Positions 41,048 through 54,100 are shown, numbered from the whole stretch's first letter. The stretch: 57,488 nucleotides of DNA, filler included, from Platydemus manokwari (GCA_037951405.1; 4 parts of 4 records of this genome joined end to end with filler, not necessarily neighbours in it); one strand, 5' to 3'. The notes: a model not told the origin generated them from the sequence alone. Numbers and translations are program-made.

Positions 41048-44000
41048 ATGATTAACGACGAAAATGCATCTCAGAAATTAATTCAAATACGAGTCAATCG
41101 ACATATTGCTTTAGCACTAGTGGACACTGGCGCTGATTCCACTATAATACATCCGAGTATTCTTAATATATATGAACTACAAGGAATCGAAGAAACTAAC
41201 ATAGCAATCACAGGCATCAACGGAAGCGTCATACCACTAATGGGAACATTAAATTCTAAACTTCATTTATGTGGTCAAACAGTACCAGTTTCTGTTAGAG
41301 TTTCTAAACTCTGTCCATATGACTGCGTAATCGGAAAAGATGTATTACGACAATTGAAAGGAATTATGTACGAATGTACCACAGGAGCACTCTTGAAAAT
41401 AACTCTCGATAAACGAAACAAAAAGGGATAAGTCTACCTGGTAAAGGAAGAAATTATTCCATCACGCATGGAAGTCGTATGCTTGCACAAGCAAATACTG
41501 CAGACGATATTGAAGTTTTATTCGAACTAAATACCGCATTCATGGAACAAACAGCATGCCACTCAGTGTATGCATTGCAATAGTTAAAAACGGACCCATC
41601 GCTAATATAACAAAGGAACCATGGAAAATATATGCGGATATCAGATTAGGACAATTATCTGAGTATGTTCTCGAGTCTCAAGAAAAGACTTCTACAAAAT
41701 TATACGGACCATTACAAGCACAAATAGCGGGCATTCTCCCGCAACAATGCCAGCAATTGACACAAATTTTGAGTAAATATGCCAAAGCCTTTGCCAAGCA
41801 TGAACATGATTTGGGCAAATGCAATCTCATACAACATCGAATCGAGTTAAATGATCATCAGCTTATTTGCCAACGCGCATATCGTACACATATAGCAATG
41901 GAATCCGAAATACAAAGACAGATAAATGAATTACTCGATCAAGAAAGAATCAGGCCTAATAATTCACCATGGAAATCCGCAATAGTCATAGTCAAGAAAA
42001 AGGAAGGTACGATGCGAATGTGCATAGATTACCAATAGGTCAATGAACAGATCAGAAAAGATAATTACCCATTACCACTCATTGATGAGATGGTGAATCG
42101 AGTAAGAGGAGCAAATTTATTTTCTACACTGGACCTCCAGACAGGGTATAACAATATTGAAATGCATGAGGACTCCATACCAATTACAGCTTTCACTGAG
42201 GGAAAAGGGTTGTACGAATATACGGTCATGCCATTCGGACTCACCGGAGCCCCGGCAACTTTTCAACGTGCTATGAATCTTATGTTAATAGATGCACACC
42301 ACGCCATGGTGTACAATGATGATGTTATCGTTTTCTCCAATGGTTTTGATGAACATATTCGAGATATAGAAGAAGTGCTGAAGAAAGGTGTCACGACTTG
42401 TGTCAAATTGAAGCCTACAAAATGCAAATGGGCGAAAAAGGAAGTTAAATATTTAGGGCACATTATATCCGGACAAGGATTCAAACTGGTCAGAGCATAT
42501 ATTGCTAAAGACGTATTGTATCCCATGCCCAAAACGAGCAAACACATTCAAGAGTTTCTCAAATTAGTTAATTATTACAGAAAATTTATACGCAATTGTG
42601 AGGCCATACCTAGGCCATTAAACGAATTATTACAGAAAAACAAACCATTGCGATGGGAGCCTGAACAGGAACAAGCATTTGTAGCATTAAAGCAAAGCCT
42701 TATTGCAGAACCAATTCTCAGACAACAGGACATGGTAAACCCTTCATCATTATAACGGATGCAAGATGTTATGCCATCGGGGGAGTCCTAGGTCAAGTGG
42801 ACAACAATGGGAACGAATATGCCATAGCATATGTAAGCAGAGGCCTTAAGAGTCACGAAAAGAATTATACTGTTATTAAATTAGAGGCGTTAGCAATAGT
42901 CTACGCAGTAGAAAGGTTTCGAACCTTTATCTACGGTCACTAGATACATGTGTTAACTGATCATAGACCACTCCAATGGCTCTTACAACATCGCGATACA
43001 GCGTCTCGATTAATTAGATGGGCGCTTAAACTTCAACAATACAATATAAAAATTTGCTACAGAAGAGGCAAAACAAATGGGAACGCGGACGCACTATCCC
43101 GAGCAGACCCGGCTAATTATGAAATAGATAATGATAATGTTTTTACTGCCATCCATTCATTAGGACAGAATGCAGATATTAGTCGATTACAAAAAGAAGA
43201 TGAGGAAATAAAGAAATATTTGATGCACATAGACGATCTCCTACTGAGCTGTAGAAATTGCCAAGAGATTGATAACAAATTCCGAGTCCCTCGTGGACAA
43301 AACTTATTAAAAAATATAGAGATCAAATTCTACTTGAAGGATATATTTTGAAAATACAAGAGGCGGACAGGCACACTATTATCGTACTACAATCACTACA
43401 AGATACCTTGCTACTTCAGTATCATGACGGCACCTTAGGGGGCACTTATCTGCAAGGAAAACGCATTTTCGACTAAAACAGAAATACTTCTGGAGAAATA
43501 TGAAAGTAGATGTTAAGAATTGGTGAGCATCTTGTAAAGTCTGCCAAACCCGGAGAAATACGGGACAAAAAAGTAAAGATCCACTAACGCCAATGTCAAT
43601 GCCAAGTTCACCAATGGAAACCGTAGCAATGGATTTAATCGGTCGATTGTCCCTATCGAAAAATGGTAACAAATACATTTTGGTCTTCTGCGACTACCTC
43701 ACCAGATGGCCAGAAGCTTATGCAATTCCGGATTTAACGGGTAACACAGTAGCCCGAATATTTATCGAAGAAATAGTATATCGTTATGGTGCTCCAAAGA
43801 AATTGCTCACAGACAGAGGTACAGAATCCCTTATAGTACATTGGATGAAATCAATCGTATCTTTAAAATAACAAAGCTTAATACTTCACGATACCACCCT
43901 CAAACCGATGGGTTGATACTCTCACTAATATGTTATCATCATATACGAGCACAAGCCAAACAGATTGTGATGTTCACATTTCATCTTGTCTATTCGCATA

Positions 44001-44430
44001 TCGAACCTTTGAACAATCCAGTACCAACTATACTCCATTTTATTTAATGTATTTAAGCCATAGTCATATGCCTGTTAACATCACAATTGACTCACAGTTG
44101 TCACAATATATGGATGAGGAAGACTATGTAATCGCCATGAAGAAACGATTAGCCATCGCATGGCATAAGGCAAACCTAAACGTCGTTATAGACAAGAAAA
44201 AATTAAATACACATACAATAAAAATAAAAAGGATCACACTCTCCCAATAGGTAATAAAGTCATGCTTGAAAGCAAAGCATGCAAGCAGTCTCGATCAAAT
44301 TAAGTCGGCCTGTCAAGGGCCCTTACATTATCGAGCGAGCTACTGACAAACTTTGTAATCAGGCCAGTTGCAAAACATTTACAGAGCCAATATGGGTGCA
44401 TGTAAATCGTTGCAAACGCTACGAAGAGAT
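41048..44430 (+). pseudogene. pol: gypsy pol: aspartic protease, RT, RNase H, integrase (stops and frameshifts)
   Basis: PR ALVDTGAD (41048-41431). RT SPWKSAIVIVKKK..MRMCIDY, LDLQTGY, MPFGLTGAPATFQR, YNDD, YLGH. RH TDA..., ELEALA-like, TDHRPLQWL, NADALSR. IN HDGTLGGH...CKVCQ, AMDLIG, DYLTRW, TDRG, YHPQTDG. C-terminal GPY and VHVNRCKRY. Confidence 0.95.
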
Positions 44431-44599
44431 TACATTACAATCGCGTAACCACAGCAATATACATCGATGAACCCGGCAAGCATGCAATCAGCAAACTTTT
44501 TCCTTATACTCGAAGTGCTCACATAAAAGAGAGAACGGCTTACATCGCAGGTGTGCAAGAACCCTTACGGTTAGACAAAAACACTAAATATTCAACAAT

Positions 44600-45842
44600 G
44601 CGACGCACGCTTATACCATGGGCATTTTAAATGTCCACCGGTACCCACAACTTTAGTAATGGAAATGGGTTACGATGATATTTTCAATATCATCTGTACA
44701 CCCCACGAAGAAAATGATTACAGAGCTACCCTTGCTGATATCAGCAAATATTTATCCTTTACAAGAGCCACTATGGGACTCGAAGAGATCAGAAAAAGAC
44801 TTTTAATTATTGCAATTCGTACTGTAGCGAGAGCACCATACCTACAATCTTCCGTAGTCGCTATCACAATCCTAAATAACCAAGGAACAGTGATCACCAA
44901 CTCTAGAGTAACCCGAGAAATTATGTAAGACACTGGCGAAACGAAGGCAATGATCGAGTTTCAGAAGCAGACATCATCCACCAATGGGATGAAATGTCTT
45001 GCATCAAACAAGTTAACCAGCTAGTAGATAAACATATTTTAGTCAGTTATAAAGTAGCAGATATGTTGGACACATTAAAAATCACATCACTGCGTCTTCT
45101 AGGTATTAGAGACCTTGCAAGAGCAAAGTGTTTGGAGAATTAAGGCTTAATACAAGCCAGTCAGCTAAAATTCTCAAAAATCCTTCGAAAAGTAATCCCA
45201 TATTACACACTTTGAAAATTGCATGAACATAAAACGACACAGACGGCCGAGGAAATTCGAGCCATTTACCTACAAATCGAAGATCAATGGAGAGATCACT
45301 TTCCGCCTAAAGAAACAATAACAAATCAGAACACATATAAATCATTACCAACAAACACGGAAATTGCCCCAAAATTAGTATAAACATATAAAGAGCCCAG
45401 AGCACCATCCATGGAGGTGGAACAAATTCATTCTGTTGACACACAGTCACAAGTCACTGCCAGTGAAATTGTGGACGACCCAATCGATTGCGAAATCGAT
45501 GAAGAGGCCACTACAGCGGCCATGGTACAGATGGCAAAGAGACCATCCACATCAACACAACGAACCACTAAATTTCTTAACGTCGACATCAACGCAGAAG
45601 AGCCACCTAAACGCATAAGGAAGGGCAAACCCTATTTGCCAAAACATATGTACAAAGCAATTACAGATGAGCACAAACGTTGGCGCATGACAGCTATTCA
45701 ATACACATGCGAGGGGACCTTCGAAACTATGAGCTTACAATTTCGAAATCGACATCTTGAAATTAGGAAACCCAAGAAACCCGAACGAATGGACGATGAC
45801 GGCGATGACGAACCGAAACTTATGATCGACCTCGAGGAATGA
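44600..45842 (+). pseudogene. Broken accessory ORF of unknown function downstream of integrase
   Basis: Sense-strand ORF pieces 44659-44928 and 45411-45842 with coding-like sequence between them. It lies inside the element, before the PPT. Confidence 0.55.
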
Positions 45843-46167
45843 GGCTCAACCTGTTCAACATGCTATCTGACAATTGACACCGACATCAAATCGTGTGACA
45901 TTCCATAACGTTTTATTTGTGACAGTCCTATTAATTTATCTATATCCCATTGTGTGACATTTTATGACAATTCTATCAATTTGTGTAATGTTTATAATAT
46001 TATATTCTGACATTTTATTATTACATTGGTGTAACATTTTATTGAAATCGTTGACTATGTATCCTCTATCATTTTTATGAACGAATATTGTGTTGATTTT
46101 GTATTAGACCCTCAGTATCTTGTCTGCATCTTACACTAATAGCTTATTTTCGAGGACGAAAATCTTT

Positions 46168-46180
46168 AAGGAGGGGGAGA
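46168..46180 (+). other. Polypurine tract of the gypsy element
   Basis: aaggagggggaga, 3 nt before TGTGGA and preceded by the ttttcgaggacgaaaa hairpin. Confidence 0.85.
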
Positions 46181-46183
46181 TAA

Positions 46184-47815
46184 TGTGGAATCCGACCCTA
46201 TCCGAGAAATTAAAATACAACATATATACATAATTACATATAAGAATAAAAAGAAGTTGAAAAATATAAAAAATTTAAATTTAAAAAATTTTACTTATGA
46301 CTGAAAAAATAAAACAAATAAAATTAAAAATTTTTGCAAAAAATTATATTGGTTTTCTTATGCAAGTGTTAGTAGATTATTGATGTTTAGGTGGTTTGGT
46401 TGCTCTTTATTTCTTACTAATGTGCTCGCTGATTCCAATCGGACTCCAAACGATTGGTTAGGTTCGATAGAGGTAGTTTATAATGTAAATGGTAATATAA
46501 TAATAAATAACAATAACACACTGAAATAAGATATAATTATGAATCAAAATAATACAACGAGGAATGAATACAATTAGTTAATATTTATGTTAAGAAAGAA
46601 CTTGCGAATCGTGGCTTGCTTAACCAGTGGGCAAGATTCACGAAACTTATTAAAAAGAATTAAAACCTATTAAAAAGATGGGAGAAAAACGAAGAGATAT
46701 TCAGTTGATACCGAATCTATCGACACAGTATGAAATTTACTCAATAAATCGCTTTATACCTTGCTGCTTAGTCAGTTGGCTTGTGACGGAGAGTTTATGT
46801 GCTTGTTTTGTCTCTAACGAAAAGTTTCTCTCTGCCTCTAATTTTCTGTTAGATCGCTGCTTAAAGCTGATAAATGTCAGTTAGCTGTTTGTCTAGTAAA
46901 ATTTTTGGCGAATTGTTTTGTTTGTCCTGCTGCTTTTATACTAATTTTCGTTATATCTGTGCCCAATCATAAATTTTCTATTTTTGGAATTCTAAAATCC
47001 TATTTTTATTTTCTGATCTATTTTTGGAATTAATAAATTCTATTCTTAGATTCTAATCTATTTTTGTAATTATTAAATTCTATTTATAGGATTTGATTTA
47101 TTTTTGGAATTTAATTATATTATTATATTTGTGGGCGTAATATGTGCTTATATGACTCATTGTGGGTGGATTCGGATCCTAAAATTTATTTTAAAAATAA
47201 ATAAAACAAAAATTTTGTTTATCTACAACAAATTCTTTTGTTTAAAACGAACTCAAGGTTAAAGCAAGAAAATAATCTCAAAAATCTATTTTTAGCAACC
47301 ACGTCATAGTCAATTTAGCAACTTAAGAAGCTAAAAACAGTAGGCTGTTGCTAAACTTGGGCATGACGTCTAGAGAGTTTCTAAATATAGAAACAAGAGA
47401 GAACAAAAAATAAACACACAGGTATGGCGCATTCGACCTACAAAATCAGTATATAAGAGCAAACAAATTCATTTTAATTGCACTTTATCATGCTCGCACT
47501 TGATTATACGCATTTACGACACGAAGCAATTCTGTTATTATTCAATTAAAGAAGCAATTATACGAAGAAATCATATTATTTATTCAATCCAAAGAGACGT
47601 TCACTATAGTTATAAATATTGAAGCAATATTTATCTACGGACATTACCTATTGAACGAAGCATCCCGTTTATTATTTAGAAGCAACATTTCACTTTATAT
47701 CAATGATGAGTAAATTTTTGTATTTTTATTACGCGCCCACAGCTATCGAGATAGCTGTGTGGTTGTTTTAAACTCATTTAAGTTCAAGTTTATATCTCCC
47801 TCCTTTTTATCCACA
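46184..47815 (+). repeat. Candidate 3' LTR, possibly interrupted by an antisense LTR
   Basis: Starts TGTGGA just after the PPT, with the complementary TCCACA at 47810-47815. TATA gtatataagagc at ~47450. There is no 5' LTR in the window to confirm the end. Confidence 0.55.
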
Positions 47816-48451
47816 GGGGTGTCTTGCCCATTAGTAAGGCACACCTGATTGAATAAAGACTTTAAATAAGCCAACATAGTTGAATTTTACATGATAACTG
47901 GGTTTTGTAAAACATTCATAATCGTTAAATCATTAAACAAGCTTTACAATCCCAATGAAATTTGTTTTTCTATTACTTTTTATCTTTGTGTGGAGAATTT
48001 CACAAACTCCATTATATATTTACATTATTTGTCGCATTAGATATGGTTTTTGTAAGCGATAGTGGTATTATTTAAATTATACTTAAATAAATCGAGTAGA
48101 GTATTTTTAATAAACAACTGCTTAAACAAATTTACTATATATTGAAAATAATATTCTTAGATATTCTTAAATTATATGAGCTGTATAATTTTAAATTTTA
48201 TAAATAACTTCAAAATATTTTATATATTTATTACTTTTAAATTATTCAATTTTTAAGATTTCAAAATCTCTCATTTTAAAAATTAATACTTAACATTCTT
48301 GTGATTTTGATTGGTTAATATTTGATTACCACCAAACAAAAGTTTTTATAAACAATTGAGAATTTTAAATCATACTTTTTTTTTAATAAAATGGCACTTC
48401 CATAGTCTTATTATAAACACGATTTTCTTACAAATCCCAAGTAATAACGAT

Positions 48452-48551
48452 NNNNNNNNNNNNNNNNNNNNNNNNNNNNNNNNNNNNNNNNNNNNTTAAT
48501 TAATTAANNNNNNNNNNNNNNNNNNNNNNNNNNNNNNNNNNNNNNNNNNNN
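48452..48551. other. Assembly gap with artificial TTAATTAATTAA spacer
   Basis: 44 N + spacer + 44 N. Confidence 0.95.
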
Positions 48552-48680
48552 AAGATGGCTTCGAGTCATTGAAAATGATGGACTGTACTTCGAGGAATAA
48601 TATGTTCAGCGTTATAACAATTTGTGTTTATAAAATATCCCTGCATAAAAACATGAATAACTTTTGACTCAACCTGGTAT
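48552..48680 (-). mobile_element. Tc1/mariner-like transposon end (copy 1), running into the gap
   Basis: The reverse complement reads TA-CCAGGTTGAGTCAAAAGTTATTCATGTTTTTATGCAGG...CACAAATTGTTATAACGCTG, near-identical to 57418-57488. Similarity begins at a TA. Confidence 0.55.
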
Positions 48681-49543
48681 ATATTTGAATAACTAAAATT
48701 TATAATTTTAATCATTAACCTAGTGTTGACAAGGACAGCTGATGTTTAGAGTTTCTTTTTGTCTATTTCTTACACTGCAACTACGAATTTCACAGGCAAC
48801 ATTGAGCTTTTAAATTTGGGCTGATTATGCATTGTATTTAGTGAATAAAATGCGCATTAAAATGATATTTGAATTGGTTATTCATTTGTTGAGGGATATA
48901 TTACAAAAATTGGTTGATAGATAATTATAAATTATTATATACTTCGATCACATAAAAATTAGAAATTAAATATTAATAATAATGTTGAAAAAAATTTGTG
49001 AAGAGTATTGTAATGGGTATGTTTTTATCTATTTAAAGAATTGTTGAAGTTATAGGATAAAATGTAAAACCATAATAATAATGATAATAATAATATTAAT
49101 AATACCGCAGTAGAATAATCTTATGTTGAATTTGTTGGAGTGAAAATATTAGAAAAATACAGCCCTGGAAAAGAACAATTTTTCAAAATCAATATAATGA
49201 TTAATTTCACATTTCTAGTTACTTTCATTTTAGACGGCTTGCCTATGTAATATAAAGTAATATTTTTATTTTGAGTCGATTTTCTGGAGAACAAATTATA
49301 TTCGGTTCATAAATAGCCAGTCAGATAAAATTAAATTGCAATCATAATTTGAGAAAGCTTAAAGACCAAATCAGATTTTCAACAAATTAAATCGATTCGT
49401 ACGAAAAAAATCATATTGTTTGTTTTGTTCAGTGTTTGTCTTAACAACACAACTTGAACATTATCAGCAATAAATCGAACTTGCCAATTTTCGAGTCACA
49501 TTAGTATGAGGTTTTCTATTATTAATAATATGGCTTTGCTTAC

Positions 49544-51192
49544 TTTTCTGAATAACTGCTGTTTTGTGGCTTCGAATTCCGTTTTACGATCGACCTCTGA
49601 ATCAACTGTAATAGATAAATATTAAATATTATTCATTTTTTAAGGCATAAATAATAAAATTATTATTATTATTATTAAAATATTATTAATCATATAATCG
49701 TTATTATAAAAAATTATAATAATTGGTTATAATATGCTTATCAATCCTAACACTTCCGCACTAGTTGGTATACATTATTCCAGGTAATCATATTGATACT
49801 TGAGTGGTGCTGAATCTGTCGGAGTTTATTAACACATTGACGGACAGCAAGAACAAATGAAGTTCGAAATTTAACACTATATGTGCGTACTTAAGCCGCA
49901 AGTGATGTAATAGGTGGAAAACAAAAGTCAACCTAAAGAATTGTTTCCAAAACATGACACTAGTCTTCTATTTGTACGACGGTAAATGCACATTTGTGCC
50001 GCTATAGCCGCATTGTCCAAAAAAGACCGTTTCGTTTTAGACGGCTATTGCCGTCATGACACATAGTGAACTTAGCTTTGACGGTTATAGACGCAAGTGT
50101 CCGTCAACGTGTTAATAAATATAACTCAAACATACGCATATGTTACTGGGATTTTCTAGTCTTGTACATGAACAACACAAAGATTGTACTTAAGATTATC
50201 ATCATTGTTATCATGTTTTTTATAATAATAATTATCATTATGATTTATTAATATTATAATATTTAAAAATATAATTTATATTATTAGTTTTAATATTAAT
50301 AACTACAATGTAGAATATTCTTTTTTTGAAGTTCTTCAAACGTCGATCGTTGATTTAATTGCCATTCCAATTTGCAACATATCTCAGATCGATCACTACT
50401 TTCATCCTCATCATCCGAAGTGGAATTACGAAGAAATGTTTTTTCAGCTATTTCAGTGCGATGTGCTTTCCGTTCGAGAAATATTCCAAGACTGTCTTTC
50501 CGAATCATCTATTAATACATATGAGATCATAGAACGTTTAATTTTGTTAAAACCTTTAAAAGATTCGAGCAACGATTATGGGGAATTGATCCTTCATCGC
50601 TATCACTAGAATTTACGGATACTGGGGAATTTAAATCTGAATCCACTGTTGGTGTAACATCTTGGGAATTAAACGGGTAGGAACTCAAAGTCTCTTCGGA
50701 ACAACTGATTTAATTTTCCGTAAATCAATTTTTAAATGAAAATTTTGACATGCCTGTGTTTCAAAAGTTTATTCGATCCATTAATTCGGTAAGTGATTTC
50801 TGATTCTTTTCCTTGAATTGTGGGATCTGTCGCTTCTGATTGAAAGACTTCAAATCTTCAATAACACCAATAAAATTCCGTAATATCAATACCTTTGGTT
50901 TTCTGATTTTGTGCTAATTTCGATGCGTCGGTCAAATTTTCCGAGGAATCTGATGATTCTGAAAGGTTTTGTGTGGACTGGTGAAAATTGAAATTATCGT
51001 TATCCATAAATGGAACTGGAGTCACCGGAGCGGAATCAGTTTGGGGTAACGGTGTGGCGATCACACAAAAAGGATCATCATCATTATCAAATATGAAATA
51101 CGTAAACTTGGCCATGTCGTTTGATAGCTTGGATTTTGATTTTATATCAGCTTCAGTGATTCCAATAATCGTATGTTGGCTCAAAGAAACAT
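49544..51192 (-). CDS. PHACTR: Phosphatase and actin regulator (Phactr)-like RPEL-repeat protein, partial
   Basis: Phase-consistent exons 51192-50893, 50847-50754, 50704-50554, 50508-50307, 49605-49544. RKDSLGIFLERK..EIAEKTFL...KLEWQLNQRSTFEELQKKNILHF-DSEVDRKTEFEATKQQLFRK aligns to Phactr RKDSLAIKLSNRP..ELEEKNIL...LSQRPTAEELEQRNIL...IKRRLTRK. The start and the last RPEL/PP1-binding exons were not located. Confidence 0.75.
49833..50111. mobile_element. piggyBac-like MITE (279 bp) in a Phactr intron
   Basis: TTAA at 49829-49832 and 50112-50115. 14-bp TIRs CACATTGACGGACA / TGTCCGTCAACGTG (1 mismatch). Internal gacggctattgccgtc palindrome. Confidence 0.85.
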
Positions 51193-54100
51193 CTAAAATG
51201 ATGAGTATCTTTTTAAATCAGCTCATGACGTTTGATTGAAAAAATTTAGGTTTTTTAACAGATAATGAAAATTTAAACTTTTTGAATTTGCTTTTGATTT
51301 CATGAAAGTCTTTTATAATATAGCTGATTCTATATGTGATCTCATTATTCTGTAAATCTTTCTCACCGCAATATTCATCAAAGTAAAAATAATAATGGCA
51401 TCATTACTTTAATAATAATAATAATAATAAAATAATAACAATAAATTAATATAATAAAAATATAGTATGTAATTATTATAATGGTTATAATATTATAATA
51501 ATAATCATAACTATAAATTTATAATGATATTTATAACTGCATAGGTAATGAGAAAAGAAAATAGTAGTTTTGAAAACATGAATATGTAAAATAATTTTTC
51601 TAACATTTCGAATATTATTGAGAACAGTTTCGAAATTAGATTCAATTATTTGCGAACAATTGGTTCTTAAACAAGTTGCTTTTACGGAAATTCTTTTTAT
51701 TTCGTGGAGACACTATTTTCGCTTTACACAAATTTGCCGCATATCCTGCTGATACATAATGGTGATGAAGAATTTTCATCGCCACAACAAATGTCCATAA
51801 AATAAAACAATAAATTGGTCAATGTTCATTGCGAGTATACTTGTCAAAAACATTTACAAGGTTGAAAAATAGCCAATTCTTTTCGGGAACTCTCACTTAA
51901 TTTGAAGAGCAAAAGTTTTCAATATCAAATTTTTCTCAATAACACTGGTAAGTCTATACAGTAAATCATTCAATAAAATTCCAAAATTAATTGATTCAGA
52001 TATTAAAGTCTGTGTTTAGGTGGGCGTGAACTTCCCAACTGTCAACATTATATTTTGACTGTCGTACTTAAATTGTGACAATTTCTTATGAATTCAAAAG
52101 ATTTTACTAGCTCCTTTAGAAATCACATTGTGATCAATAGATTTATTTACAAAAAATTTCAAAGCTTTATCATGTTTGTTTAATAATCGATAAATTCTAT
52201 TAGTCCAGGTTTTTATGGATCACATTGGAACAAAACCCATTTCCATTGTTGTACAAATATATTTCAATCGTTCTTATTGTAAAATGCGTGTGTGGAAATT
52301 ATAAAAGAAAATTGAAAGGTAGTTTGATAATAAAACATACGTCGAAAAAACTCAATAAAAAAATGTCGCCTATCATTTTAAGAATTTTCAATCTCAACAA
52401 AAAACCATGCAGCCCATGGTTGAGTATTTGCTTATTTATGGTTTTGGAAAAATAAAAATAAATCTAATTCGAATCCTAATCCCACTTTGTTAGAAGAAAA
52501 AATCAATAATCATCAAAAATGAAATTTATATTTTGAACAAGAATAAGACTTTGATTGTTGTAAACCCAGTAATTAACTTGAATCAATTTATTCTCAATAA
52601 CATTGGATAACACTTGATTAGATCACAATATGAATTATCGTTATCATTGAATGACATAAATCGATTTTCATTAAATATTTTCAAGATATTTTATCCTTGA
52701 ATAATTCAAACGTTTTCGAAGTCTAGACATGATAAAATTCACGAGACTTATATTGGATTGAATCAATAAACATATTGTATTGATTATGTCAAGAAGTTTT
52801 GATTAGATAATCAAAACTTTAAAACAAATAATGGTATCAGTAGGTTCAATTTAAAAACACGATTAATGTATTACCATTTAATATCATATTAAATGTATCT
52901 ATTTTAAAAATTGACTTATAACAGCAATTGAGCACAAAATCGTTATAAAATCTTCAGCAATTCATTTTATCTCTTTCTAAGATGGTATCGATGATATATT
53001 TGATATATTATTTTCATTTCAAGCTCAATTGTGCCGATTTCAGAGTGTGATAAGAACTATGTTTGAGATTGGAGATACATTTTATATTGTTGTGGTTCTA
53101 GCTTCATTAAAAAGAAATTACTCGAACTTTAAAAAGTAATTCTAATCCATATATAAAGGTTTTGAATACTTTTGGGTTACGAGTGCCCGACACTCACTTT
53201 ATTAAAATAATTAATAATACAAATCATTAAACATATCTCAAAAATCCCATGAAGAAATTACTCTGTAAATCGGTACTTCGATTTGGTTTCAATTATAACG
53301 CAGATTTATTCAAGCTTCATTTATTTTCTGATAAAATTCGTATTTTTCACTCATATCTTATTCATATAACATTCTTCAGTGTGTCAAAATACACCCTTTC
53401 ATTTTGAATATGAAGCTCACCATATTTGATAACTTCAAAATTCAAATCGGTTATCGTTTACCATAATTAATAATCGACATGTTCTTTTATAGTGATCACA
53501 GTGACATTTGTTTCTCAATATTGACGATTAAAACAAAAAAACACCTTGAATGCTGAGGGGTGTTAAAAATCAGGATACACGATATGCCAGATTTAAGCGA
53601 ATAAAAAACATCTTTGTTAGTCATCTTTAACAATGCTTGATACTTTCTTCAAAACACTATTTCTTCAATAAATCAATAAAAAAATCCAGATGAAATTAAA
53701 TAAATGAAGAACCTTCAGTAAGCATATGCCAGTTTATTAAATAAGAAATTCCTAATTTCTTTGCAAACAAATCCACTTCTACTTTTTAAATAATGAAAAA
53801 TTATTAACCGAGGTTAGTAAGAACTACAATGTTACGTAAAATTAAGATAACTGGTGGATTTTGGATTGTTCTCCTGAAAGCTAAGGAATTCATCAGTCAT
53901 TATGATCTCGCATATAATATTAAGATTTAATTTCGATTAATCAATAAATCAATTTAATTTTATAGAAAAAATATCGAAAGATATGATTACAGAAAAAATA
54001 ATTCATTATTCAATTAAATTACTTTTGACTTTTCTTAATCACATGAAGATAAAAAATTTGCTAATTGACCAAGCTAATTTATGGGGTGACAAATTTTAAA

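Larger units (their letters stand above)
38890..47815 (+). mobile_element. 5'-truncated, decayed Ty3/gypsy LTR retrotransposon (or composite) with viral glycoprotein fragment
   Basis: GC rises sharply at ~38890. Order: gag CCHC knuckles, unknown region, glycoprotein fragment, PR-RT-RH-IN (gypsy order), extra ORF, PPT, TG-starting LTR. Confidence 0.9.

Noticed and set aside
49330-49358. AG-preceded LSQ as the next Phactr exon
   Set aside because: It continues IMIAI-stop rather than RPxxEEL, so it is probably chance.
52800-53950. Possible minus-strand LINE relic
   Set aside because: Only faint motif echoes; not supportable by eye.
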